In this document: positions 8,017-16,107 of the stretch, piece after piece
Layout: every line of letters begins with the position of its first letter
Numbering within the stretch: the first letter of the stretch is position 1
Source of the DNA: a virus
Taxonomy: Duplodnaviria > Caudoviricetes
Length of the DNA: 24,903 nucleotides
Virus record (IMG/VR): IMGVR_UViG_3300030095_002892
Span: 1 to 24,903 of that record
Strand: one strand, 5' to 3'
Notes under the pieces: model-generated
What the model was told of the DNA's origin: nothing
Database searches by the model: none
What the model saw: only the letters and a program-made list of their open reading frames with translations
Translations under genes and position numbers: made by a program

Positions 8017-8508
8017 ATGTCCGAAGAAGCAACTAAACAGGGTTTTGAGGGTGTTAAGCGAACCTCACGTAGTAAAGAAAGCCGGGAGAAACAAGCCAAG
8101 CGTAAGCCTTGGTCTCCCCCATCAATGTTAGACGCACCGCCTGCCCCAGAGGGGTTTAAGCATCGTTGGATACGCGCTGAAGTTCGTGGTTTTGACGACC
8201 GAAAGAACATTTCAGCACGGTTGCGAGAAGGTTATGAACTTGTTCGCGCCGATGAGTTTCCCGAGTTTGAAGCTCCTATAGTTGAATCAGGTAAATTTGA
8301 AGGTGTTTTTGGAGTTGGTGGACTTGTACTCGCTCGTATCCCGCTTGAAACAGTGGCAGAGCGGACAGAATACTTCGCACAACGAAGTGCTGACCAAATT
8401 GAAGCTGTGGAACAGGATATGTTGCGAGAAAATGCACATCCAACCATGACAATCGGTAAATCCGAGCGTCAATCTCGTGTAACCTTCGGCGGTTCACGCA
8501 AGAATTAA
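8017..8508 (+). CDS. Conserved head-module protein of unknown function
   Basis: AAGGAG RBS; WSPPSMLDAP...HRWIR...REGYELVR...GGLVLARIP; typical position between scaffold and capsid genes. Confidence 0.8.
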   Translation: MSEEATKQGFEGVKRTSRSKESREKQAKRKPWSPPSMLDAPPAPEGFKHRWIRAEVRGFDDRKNISARLREGYELVRADEFPEFEAPIVESGKFEGVFGVGGLVLARIPLETVAERTEYFAQRSADQIEAVEQDMLRENAHPTMTIGKSERQSRVTFGGSRKN

Positions 8509-8541
8509 TTGCTGACCGCTGTAATTTGGAGAACTTAGAAC

Positions 8542-9192
8542 ATGGCAAATCAAGAGACAGCCTATGGTCTTCGTCCTATTGGTCTAGCTGGTAGCGGTGC
8601 TAATTCTACTGGGGTAACTCAGTATGAAATCGCTAGTGATAACACAAACGTTATTTACAACGGGGAAATTGTAGTCCCCTTGGCGGCTGGCGTTATTGAC
8701 CAAGCAGGAGCGACTGATGGTGGTACTACTCAAGCCCTTGGGGTTTTGACAGGTGTTATGTACCATGACAGTACAACGAAGAAGCCAACATGGCTTAATT
8801 ATTGGCCCGGATCAGGTAGCGTAGGCGTTGACACGAATTATCCTGTCAAAGCATTCGTTGCTGACAACCCTAATCAGTTGTTTCAGGTAGCTTCTGACGC
8901 AACTCTCACAAACCGTGCAACAGCTTTGGCTGCGGTTTTTGCGAATGCTTCTTTAGGCACCTCTGCAAGAAGTGGTTCAACTGATACAGGACAGTCATCC
9001 AGTGCCTTAGGGGTATCAACGATAGCTACAACAGCAACATTACCTTTGCGTATTGTTGGCATTGTAGACGATGATGCAAATAATGATTATGCTGCTGCTG
9101 GAGTAGCAATGATCGTTCGACTCAACGCCCATTTTAATTCGGGCACACGCCGTTTTGATTCGCAGACTACTGCGGATTCGACGGGCATTTAG
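8542..9192 (+). CDS. Putative capsid decoration / minor capsid protein
   Basis: MAN...GLRP start; A/G/T-rich beta-type composition; immediately upstream of major capsid; GGAG RBS. Confidence 0.6.
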   Translation: MANQETAYGLRPIGLAGSGANSTGVTQYEIASDNTNVIYNGEIVVPLAAGVIDQAGATDGGTTQALGVLTGVMYHDSTTKKPTWLNYWPGSGSVGVDTNYPVKAFVADNPNQLFQVASDATLTNRATALAAVFANASLGTSARSGSTDTGQSSSALGVSTIATTATLPLRIVGIVDDDANNDYAAAGVAMIVRLNAHFNSGTRRFDSQTTADSTGI

Positions 9193-9204
9193 GAGGGTTA
9201 ACTA

Positions 9205-10110
9205 ATGGCTATTTCTCGCGCACAGTTAGCGAAAGAGCTTGAACCCGGACTGAATGCACTGTTTGGGCTAGAGTATGATCGTTACGAAAAAGAATCTGAG
9301 GAGATTTTTGAAACAGAATCTTCAGACAGAGCTTTTGAAGAAGAAGTAATGCTTTCGGGCTTTGGAACCGCGCCTGTTAAGAGCGAAGGTACTGCAATAT
9401 CATTTGATGATGCGCAGGAAACTTTTACTGCTCGATACACGCACGAAACCGTGGCTCTTGCTTTTAGCATTACTGAAGAAGCAATTGAAGACAATTTGTA
9501 CGACCGTCTTGCTTCCCGGTACACCCGTGCCTTGGCACGTTCAATGTCACAGACTAAGCAAATTAAAGCTGCGTCTATATTGAACAACGCTTTTAGCACA
9601 TCGTTTCCGGTAGGTGATGGAGCGGCACTTTGTTCTTCTGCACACCCGTCTTTGTCAGGTAATCAACGTAATTTGTTGTCAACTGCTGCTGACCTTAACG
9701 AAACTTCGTTAGAGCAAATGTTGATAGATATTGCGGGTCTTACCGATGAGCGTGGTCTTAAAATTGCTGTTCGTGGAATGAAACTTATGATTCCAAAAGA
9801 ACTTCAATTTATCGCAGAAAGAGTATTAAACTCTAATTTGCGTCCCGGCACCTCAGACAATGACGTAAACGCTACAAAATCTATGGGTATGATTCCTGAC
9901 GGAGCGGTTGTAAACCACTTCTTGACGGATACTGATGCGTTTTTCATCAAGACAGACGCACCTAATGGATTTAAGATGTTTGAGCGTTCCGCTATTAAGA
10001 CAGCTATGGAAGGTGACTTCGATACTGGCAACATGCGGTTCAAGGCTCGTGAGCGTTATTCGTTTGGTGTATCAGATTGGCGTTGTGTTTTCGGCACGCC
10101 CGGAGCATAA
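9205..10110 (+). CDS. Major capsid protein (HK97-fold, Mu gpT-like family)
   Basis: MAISRAQLAKELEPGLNALFGLEY N-terminus, E-loop SDRAFEEEVMLSGFG, C-terminal FKARERYSFGVSDWR; strong AGGAGG RBS; followed by an intrinsic terminator. Confidence 0.92.
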   Translation: MAISRAQLAKELEPGLNALFGLEYDRYEKESEEIFETESSDRAFEEEVMLSGFGTAPVKSEGTAISFDDAQETFTARYTHETVALAFSITEEAIEDNLYDRLASRYTRALARSMSQTKQIKAASILNNAFSTSFPVGDGAALCSSAHPSLSGNQRNLLSTAADLNETSLEQMLIDIAGLTDERGLKIAVRGMKLMIPKELQFIAERVLNSNLRPGTSDNDVNATKSMGMIPDGAVVNHFLTDTDAFFIKTDAPNGFKMFERSAIKTAMEGDFDTGNMRFKARERYSFGVSDWRCVFGTPGA

Positions 10111-10120
10111 TACTAACAAC

Positions 10121-10146
10121 GGGGACTCTCGGGTCCCCTTTTTTTT
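10121..10146 (+). terminator. Rho-independent terminator after major capsid gene
   Basis: GGGGAC(T)-CTCG-(G)GTCCCC hairpin at 10121-10138 followed by 8 T. Confidence 0.9.
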
Positions 10147-10189
10147 AATAGCTTAACGAGGCCCCAAGCGGGTTCTGAAAGGAGTTCTG

Positions 10190-10906
10190 ATGGCTAATCC
10201 ACATTTTCAAAATTTAATTCTTTGGGCAGGAAACACGGTTGCGTCTAAATCAAAGAAAGACACACCTATGTTTATGCCTAGTCCTTCCGACCAAACTTTT
10301 TATGGTTATTTTAATGATTTTATGACTTATCACGCTGATGAGTGGACAATCACAACCACAGAAGGTGGTTCTGGCGATGCTTCTGAAGCTTTAACGTCAG
10401 GTGCCGGTGGACAGCTTTTAATAACTAACGACGATGCTGATAATGATGCAGATTTTTTCAATTTAAAAGGCGAATCCTTTTTAATCACAGGGTCTAAAAG
10501 GGCTTTTTTTGAAGCGCGGTTTAAAGTTAGTGATGCTACACAGTCTGACTTTGTTATGGGGTTACAAATCACCGATACTACACCTTTAGCCGCAAGTGAC
10601 GGCATAAACTTTAGAAAAGATGATGGTGATACAAACCTAGATTTTGTTGTTGAAAAAGACAGCACTGAAACGTTAACAACCGCTATTCATACAATGGAAG
10701 ACGATACGTTTGTAACAGTTGCCTTTTATGTTGATCCTAACGCTTCTTCGGTTTATTACGCAATAAACCACGCGGAGCCTGTAGCCGTAGTGAACACTAA
10801 CTTACCAGATAACGAAGAGTTAACTGTTTCGTTTGGTATTCAAAACGGTGCGGCAGCGGCTAAAACTATGACGGTTGATTACATCTCAGTATTAGTGGAG
10901 AGATAA
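10190..10906 (+). CDS. Putative virion protein, beta-rich and acidic
   Basis: AAGGAG RBS; 238 aa rich in T/D/beta-strand patterns (FFEARFKV, MTVDYISV); follows capsid. Confidence 0.7.
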   Translation: MANPHFQNLILWAGNTVASKSKKDTPMFMPSPSDQTFYGYFNDFMTYHADEWTITTTEGGSGDASEALTSGAGGQLLITNDDADNDADFFNLKGESFLITGSKRAFFEARFKVSDATQSDFVMGLQITDTTPLAASDGINFRKDDGDTNLDFVVEKDSTETLTTAIHTMEDDTFVTVAFYVDPNASSVYYAINHAEPVAVVNTNLPDNEELTVSFGIQNGAAAAKTMTVDYISVLVER

Positions 10907-10907
10907 T

Positions 10908-11516
10908 ATGTCTGGATCAGACGTAGAAGCGACCTTTATCGAGGCTGCGACCGCCGATAGAAACGGAGTTTGTGCTGCACAGACTCCGGGTAGTGCGACA
11001 AACCTTACCATTAACGGGGCGTTAGCTTCGGGAGGTAGTGTAACGTTTGACCAGCCACGGCAAGTAACAGTTTATGCCGCTGGTAATGAGTCAGCGAAGT
11101 CCTTTACTGTCACAGGCACCGATGAAACTGGTACAGCCGCTTCTGAAGTAATAACAGGACCTAACGCAACAACGGTCACGGGTTCTACCTATTTTGCTAC
11201 GGTCACGCAAGTGGCTTCTAGCGCGGCAACCGGCGGTGATGTTGAAGTAGGTTCTGGAGCAAATATAGCGGCACCTGTTTTTAGAGGAAGTTGTCGTGTG
11301 CGCGGTTTGTACGTGGTTAACACGGGTACAGCAGGCACTATATCGTTTAGACAGACATCTAGTTCTGGCACAGTCCGTATGCAATACAACACAGTAGCTT
11401 CCGCAAACACTACCGAATATCCTGATATTCCTGATTCTGGGCTTCGGTGTAATGCGGGTGCGTATGTAATGTATGACCAGACAACCATGTCGTCTATGAC
11501 CGTATTTTATTCGTAA
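10908..11516 (+). CDS. Putative virion structural protein
   Basis: GGAG RBS; T/A/G/S-rich; ends in ...IPDSGLR...MTVFYS; structural-module context. Confidence 0.7.
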   Translation: MSGSDVEATFIEAATADRNGVCAAQTPGSATNLTINGALASGGSVTFDQPRQVTVYAAGNESAKSFTVTGTDETGTAASEVITGPNATTVTGSTYFATVTQVASSAATGGDVEVGSGANIAAPVFRGSCRVRGLYVVNTGTAGTISFRQTSSSGTVRMQYNTVASANTTEYPDIPDSGLRCNAGAYVMYDQTTMSSMTVFYS

Positions 11517-11539
11517 TTAGAGAATAAAGGTGAGTTTTA

Positions 11540-11836
11540 ATGGCTCGTAAAAAAGAAAAAGCCATTAAAAAAACGACTAAGGGCAAAGGCGCTAATTACC
11601 GCCCCACTAAATCTGGGGCGGGCATGACCAAAAAAGGCGTAGCTGCACACCGAAAAGCTAATCCGGGCAGTAAACTGCAAACAGCGGTTACCGGAAAAGT
11701 TAAAAAAGGTAGTAAAGCAGCGAAACGACGAAAGTCGTATTGCGCTCGTTCTGCGGGTCAAATGAAAAAGTTTCCTAAAGCCGCTAAAAATCCCAACAGT
11801 CGTTTGCGCCAAGCTCGAAAAAGGTGGAAGTGCTGA
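11540..11836 (+). CDS. Highly basic protein (DUF6321-like from recollection)
   Basis: RRKSYCARSAGQM...NPNSRLRQARKRWKC motif; very K/R-rich; AAGGTGAG RBS. Confidence 0.8.
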   Translation: MARKKEKAIKKTTKGKGANYRPTKSGAGMTKKGVAAHRKANPGSKLQTAVTGKVKKGSKAAKRRKSYCARSAGQMKKFPKAAKNPNSRLRQARKRWKC

Positions 11837-12048
11837 TGGTAACGAAGCAAGAACAAGCAGCCTTACAAAGTTTAGATAAGCGTGTTTCCGTTATCGAAGC
11901 GGTGTTACATCGCCTTGAAAACAACCATTTATCCCACATGCAAAAAGATATAGACGGCTTAGATGTAAAACTTTGGGCGGTTTTAAGTGGTATGTTAATG
12001 CAATTAGCCGCCGTGGTGTATTACTTTATTACGCAGGGGAATGTATGA
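11836..12048 (+). CDS. Coiled-coil protein with C-terminal TM helix
   Basis: ATG 11836 coupled to the previous stop (TGATG), preferred over the GTG at 11824; heptad pattern then LWAVLSGMLMQLAAVVYYFI. Confidence 0.7.
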   Translation: MVTKQEQAALQSLDKRVSVIEAVLHRLENNHLSHMQKDIDGLDVKLWAVLSGMLMQLAAVVYYFITQGNV

Positions 12049-12173
12049 ACAGATCATCCATGTCTAAACAGTTAGCCGGCAATCGTAGACCTGCACAAGG
12101 AAAACGTAAAAAGAACAAAGGCTGTGGCGCAATTATGGCAAACCGCAGAAAAGCAACACGTTATTTTGTATGA
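12045..12173 (+). CDS. Small basic protein, 42 aa (MNRSSMSKQL...KGCGAIMANRRKATRYFV)
   Basis: ATG 12045 in ATGA overlap with the previous stop and AGGGGA RBS, preferred over TTG 11973. 13 K/R, no acidic residues. Confidence 0.75.
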   Translation: MNRSSMSKQLAGNRRPAQGKRKKNKGCGAIMANRRKATRYFV

Positions 12174-12751
12174 CTATTCAAGCTTGTTTTACCGGAGTTG
12201 AAAAACAAGTTTGCGAAGAATTACGTGCATGGTCAGCGCACGCATTAGAAAAACCAAATGAATTTTTTAACGATTTACCGGCGTGTCCTTTTGCTAAAGC
12301 AGCGTGGGCGCAGGATAAGGTAGGCGTAACTTTTAACTATGGTTCTTGTAAACAATCGTTGTATACTTTAATTTCACAGTATCCGAATGAGCTTGACGTA
12401 TGTTTGTTGGTGGATTTTGATTATTGTAACGAGCCAGAAGAGTTTCATTATTATTTAGGGCAATTAAACAAAGCCGTAGCTAACGGCATGTTTATCGATA
12501 AAGATATATGGCTGATGGGGTTTCACCCAGACGATGAACCAGAGGAACAAGGTTATGGTGAAGCGGTATTTGACCAAGAATTTGATGGATTAACCGACGC
12601 AACGTATGCGGTAACATATGTACAACGGTTATCTAAACTAGAAGAATCAGCAGAAACTTTACGGACAAAGGGGTATTATTTGTCTTATGCGGATAATGAA
12701 GATGTAATGGAACTTTATTCTCAAAGAACAAACTTATACAGGAGTCTATAA
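12170..12751 (+). CDS. DUF1415-like acidic protein
   Basis: W...CPFAK near the N-terminus and a GFHPD motif later, recalling the CPFA / FHP signature of DUF1415; ATGA coupling. Confidence 0.6.
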   Translation: MTIQACFTGVEKQVCEELRAWSAHALEKPNEFFNDLPACPFAKAAWAQDKVGVTFNYGSCKQSLYTLISQYPNELDVCLLVDFDYCNEPEEFHYYLGQLNKAVANGMFIDKDIWLMGFHPDDEPEEQGYGEAVFDQEFDGLTDATYAVTYVQRLSKLEESAETLRTKGYYLSYADNEDVMELYSQRTNLYRSL

Positions 12752-12754
12752 AAC

Positions 12755-12892
12755 ATGGCTAAAAAACCGGTTAAGAAAGTCAAGAAAATGCGTGGCGGCG
12801 GCATGGCGGTTAAAAAAATGCGTGGCGGCGGCATGGCAGCTAAACCAAAAATGGCTATAAAAAGAAGACGTGGCGGAAAGGTTAAAAAATAA
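12755..12892 (+). CDS. Small K/M/G-rich repeat protein, 45 aa (MAKKPVKKVKKMRGGGMAVKKMRGGGMAAKPKMAIKRRRGGKVKK); not in ORF track
   Basis: Translated by hand: AGGAG RBS at 12740-12744, ATG 12755, TAA 12890-12892 coupled to next ATG. 19 of 45 residues K/R, none acidic. Confidence 0.85.
   Translation: MAKKPVKKVKKMRGGGMAVKKMRGGGMAAKPKMAIKRRRGGKVKK
12782..12841 (+). repeat. 30-bp in-frame tandem duplication encoding KKMRGGGMAx twice
   Basis: AAGAAAATGCGTGGCGGCGGCATGGCGGTT followed by AAAAAAATGCGTGGCGGCGGCATGGCAGCT. Confidence 0.9.
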
Positions 12893-13119
12893 TGGCTAAA
12901 CCCGGATTATATGCAAATATACACGCAAAACGGAAACGAATAGCCGCAGGGTCGGGCGAAAAAATGCGGGAAAAAGGTGCGAAAGGTGCGCCCTCCGCAG
13001 ATGCCTTTAAACAAGCCTCTAAAACGGCTGTTAAAAAAAAGAAAGGTGGTCCCGTTCGTTTGCACGTAGAAGAAGCAACCACAGTTATAGATTCGCCAAA
13101 AGTGCGGGGATATAAGTAG
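12892..13119 (+). CDS. Small basic protein (GLYANIHAKRKR family)
   Basis: MAKPGLYANIHAKRKRIAAGSGEKMR..GAKGAP, recurrent in aquatic phages; TAATG coupling. Confidence 0.85.
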   Translation: MAKPGLYANIHAKRKRIAAGSGEKMREKGAKGAPSADAFKQASKTAVKKKKGGPVRLHVEEATTVIDSPKVRGYK

Positions 13120-14006
13120 TGGCTGTCTCTGATTCAAAAAACTTTGAGCTAGATGTTACCGAATACATTGAAGAAGCGTATGAGCGTTGCGGCTTAGAAG
13201 TTCGCACCGGGTATGATTTAAAAACAGCTAAACGATCTTTAAACCTTATGTTAGCCGATTGGGCCAACAGAGGATTAAATCAATGGACTATTGAACAAAC
13301 GACAATTAGTTTGGCGCAAGGAATAGGAGAATATCCTGCGGGCGTTTTAACTATTACGGTGGGTGCAAGCGGCTCTTTTTCGGTAGCGGAAACCATTACA
13401 GGTGGAACTAGTGCTGCGACTGCAAAAATTACCAGTTTACCTTCTTCGACCAGCATGGCAATTACAATTCCGTCCGGCACGTTTAGCAATGGAGAAACAC
13501 TAACCGGTGGGACCAGTGGCGCAACTACCACCTTGTCTGCGGCAGTGGATTTATCGCCGGTTCAATCAACGATTGATATTTTGTCTGCCGTCGTTCGTAG
13601 GGATACTACCGATTACGGAATACAAAGGGTTAGCAGGGACGCTTATTTAAACATTCCAAGCAAAACACAAGAAGCAAGGGTTTCACAGTTTTTTGTGGAT
13701 CGGCAGGTTACACCCATACTTAAAGTATGGCCTTTACCGGAAAACAGTACGGACACTATTATTTTTGATCGTTTGGTTAGGATGGATGATTCCGATACGT
13801 TTATCGACACAATGGAAATGCCTTTTCGGTTTTATCCGTGTTTAGCGGCAGGGCTGGCTTATTATTTAGCTATTAAAAAAGCCCCCGACCGCATACAGAT
13901 GTTAAAGGCTGTTTATGAAGAAGAATTTGAACGTGCTGCCTCAGAAGACAGGGATCGAGCATCAGCACAAATACAGCCTAGCTTGGCGTATATGAGGCTT
14001 AAATAA
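13119..14006 (+). CDS. Putative head-tail adaptor (P22 gp4 / T7 gp11 positional equivalent) with inserted repeat domain
   Basis: IEEAYERCG...GYDLKTAKRSLNLMLADWANRGLNQW N-terminus and RFYPCLAAGLAYYLA...YEEEFERA C-terminus, the helical-beta-helical layout of adaptor proteins. Confidence 0.7.
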   Translation: MAVSDSKNFELDVTEYIEEAYERCGLEVRTGYDLKTAKRSLNLMLADWANRGLNQWTIEQTTISLAQGIGEYPAGVLTITVGASGSFSVAETITGGTSAATAKITSLPSSTSMAITIPSGTFSNGETLTGGTSGATTTLSAAVDLSPVQSTIDILSAVVRRDTTDYGIQRVSRDAYLNIPSKTQEARVSQFFVDRQVTPILKVWPLPENSTDTIIFDRLVRMDDSDTFIDTMEMPFRFYPCLAAGLAYYLAIKKAPDRIQMLKAVYEEEFERAASEDRDRASAQIQPSLAYMRLK

Positions 14007-14308
14007 TGTCTAAATACGCTGTAGGAAAACACGCATACGGAATTTCTGATAGATCAGGATTTCGGTATCGGTTGCATAGGATGAAAAAAGAATGGACGGG
14101 AATGTTGGTCGGGTTTGATGAATGGGAACCCAAACAACCCCAGCTAGAGCCGTTAGGAAACGTGATTGATGCACAAGCATTAAAAAACCCAAGACCGGAT
14201 CGTACCGAAACATTAGATGTTTATGTTGGGATTCCGGTTATAGAAGGACCTGACTTTAAAGAAATTCAAGGCTTTGCTCAAGTGGGCGAAGTAACGGTAA
14301 CAACATGA
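14006..14308 (+). CDS. Conserved neck/tail-region protein
   Basis: GISDRSGFRY...EWTGMLV...EPKQPQL...ALKNPRPD; TAATG coupling. Confidence 0.8.
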   Translation: MSKYAVGKHAYGISDRSGFRYRLHRMKKEWTGMLVGFDEWEPKQPQLEPLGNVIDAQALKNPRPDRTETLDVYVGIPVIEGPDFKEIQGFAQVGEVTVTT

Positions 14309-14955
14309 GTTTTACATACACTCAATTAAAAAGTGCCATACAGGATTACGCGGAAAACGACGAAACAACGTTTGTAACAAATTTACCTGTATTTATACGT
14401 GCCGCTGAAGAACGCATTTTAAAAATGGTACAACTTAGTTTGTTCCGTAAAAATGTAACGGGTTCTATGACGGCATCTAATCAGTATTTAGCAGCACCTA
14501 CCGATTTTTTAGCGCCATATTCCTTGTCTTTTACGGATAGTGATAGCAATAAGGTGTTTTTAGAGTATAAAGACGTTAATTTTATACAAGCCTTTAATCC
14601 AAACCCGGCTACTACCGGAAACCCTCGATTTTATGCTCTTTTTGATATTACAAATTTTATTTTAGGGCCAACGCCAAGTGCTAGTTCTACGGCAGAGCTT
14701 CATTATTTTTACCGCCCTGCTAGTTTAACCGCGGGTGCAGACAGCGGTACTACTTGGTTAAGTGAAAATGCAACCGTGTCGTTGTTATACGGTTCTTTGG
14801 TAGAAGCGTATACCTACATGAAAGGCGAACAAGATTTAATTACCAATTATCAACAGCGTTTTATGGAAGGTATTGCAACATTAAAGCAGTTTGGTGAAGC
14901 AAAAGAAGTGACGGATGAATACATGAAAGGACAAGTAATTAGGCCGAAACAATGA
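14305..14955 (+). CDS. Putative second adaptor / tail tubular protein
   Basis: YTQLKSAIQDYAEN...FIRAAEERI, GPTP, TTWLSENA..LLYGSLVEAYTYMKG; same architecture as adaptor proteins. Confidence 0.65.
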   Translation: MSFTYTQLKSAIQDYAENDETTFVTNLPVFIRAAEERILKMVQLSLFRKNVTGSMTASNQYLAAPTDFLAPYSLSFTDSDSNKVFLEYKDVNFIQAFNPNPATTGNPRFYALFDITNFILGPTPSASSTAELHYFYRPASLTAGADSGTTWLSENATVSLLYGSLVEAYTYMKGEQDLITNYQQRFMEGIATLKQFGEAKEVTDEYMKGQVIRPKQ

Positions 14956-15251
14956 ATACAGATGCGTTGGGGGTTAATTTTAGCTCGGATTTTGGGGTTA
15001 ATGTTGAAACTACAAATAACCGAGGGTTTACCCCGGAAGAAATAGCAGAGCGTTGCGCGGATCAAATAATTAGTATTTCGGATCAAGCAAATCCGATAAT
15101 ACGAGAACAAGCGCATACGTTTAGACGATTATTAGTAAAAACTTTGGCTTTTTATATGCGAGAAGCTATTAAAAGTGATCGAACGACGGTGTACAATGCT
15201 TTGAAAGATGCAGGGCAACATGAGTTAGCTGAATTAATTAGGAGATTATAG
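14952..15251 (+). CDS. Conserved hypothetical tail-module protein
   Basis: ATGA coupling; TTNNRGFTPEEIAERC..IISIS...IREQA motif. Confidence 0.75.
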   Translation: MNTDALGVNFSSDFGVNVETTNNRGFTPEEIAERCADQIISISDQANPIIREQAHTFRRLLVKTLAFYMREAIKSDRTTVYNALKDAGQHELAELIRRL

Positions 15252-15252
15252 C

Positions 15253-15687
15253 ATGGCTTTTTCTGGAAACTTTATGTGTACAAGCTTTAAAAAAGAGCTT
15301 ATGGAAGCTGTGCATAACTTTAAAAATTCAGGCGGAAACACATTTCAAATTGCGCTTTATACAAATAGTGCCAGCTTTACTGCGGCAACTACCGCTTATA
15401 CCACCAGCAATGAGGTTTCTGGCACGGGTTACACAGCTAAAGGAAACAGCTTGACCCGAGTAGACCCTACTACAAGTAGTACCACAGCGTATACGGACTT
15501 TGCTGACAGCACTTGGAGTTCTTCAAGCATTACGGCACGGGGTGCTTTGATTTTTAACGATAGCGCAAGTGGCGACCCAACGGTTTGTGTTTTAGATTTT
15601 GGGTCGGATAAAGCGTCTTCTAGTGGAGACTTTACCGTAGTGTTTCCTTCGGCGGCGGCAAGTACGGCTATTATTAGGATTGCGTAA
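15253..15687 (+). CDS. Putative tail/fibre-associated structural protein
   Basis: AGGAG RBS; CTSFKKEL, IALYT, NEVSGTGYTA.G, ITARGALIFN, VLDFGSDK, AIIRIA; T/S-rich. Confidence 0.75.
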   Translation: MAFSGNFMCTSFKKELMEAVHNFKNSGGNTFQIALYTNSASFTAATTAYTTSNEVSGTGYTAKGNSLTRVDPTTSSTTAYTDFADSTWSSSSITARGALIFNDSASGDPTVCVLDFGSDKASSSGDFTVVFPSAAASTAIIRIA

Positions 15688-16097
15688 TGACTAATGTAGT
15701 CATCCCGTTTACTGGGTGGGGCCGTGATGGCTGGAACACTCAAGCGTGGAACGAAGGTGACGTAGCAGTAGGCAGTGCCACGGGTGGTGTTGGTTCTGTT
15801 ACAGTAAATTATGGGGTGTCTGTAACTGTAACAGGCATTGCGGGCACAGGTTCTCCCGGTGCGGTAACCGTTAATTTTGGTTCTAACGTACCGGCAACAG
15901 GAATTAGTGGAACAGGTAGTGTTGGTTCTGTCACCATTACCGAAGGAGAAGGAGTTGATGTCTCGGTCACAGGCGTATACGGAACCGGCGCAACTTCACA
16001 AGTTTTGGTTTGGGGCAACATTACGCCCTCGCAAACCCCGAGTTGGTCGGAAATTAGTCCGTCACAAGATGCCGGATACACAGAGATAGCAGCGTAG
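15687..16097 (+). CDS. G/T/V-rich repeat structural protein
   Basis: GWGRDGW N-terminus, four ~20-aa GxxGTGxxGxVTV units, C-terminal I.PSQ repeats. Confidence 0.75.
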   Translation: MTNVVIPFTGWGRDGWNTQAWNEGDVAVGSATGGVGSVTVNYGVSVTVTGIAGTGSPGAVTVNFGSNVPATGISGTGSVGSVTITEGEGVDVSVTGVYGTGATSQVLVWGNITPSQTPSWSEISPSQDAGYTEIAA

Positions 16098-16107
16098 GTA
16101 TTTAATT

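Noticed and set aside
10084-10156. T7 gene 10B-like frameshift at GTT TTC near the end of the capsid gene
   Set aside because: The -1 frame stops at TAA 10146-10148 inside the terminator and the +1 frame stops at 10156; neither adds a domain or reaches the next gene.
11973-12044. TTG start giving a 66-aa version of the small basic protein
   Set aside because: It overlaps the upstream TM-protein gene by over 70 nt; ATG 12045 has an RBS and ATGA coupling.
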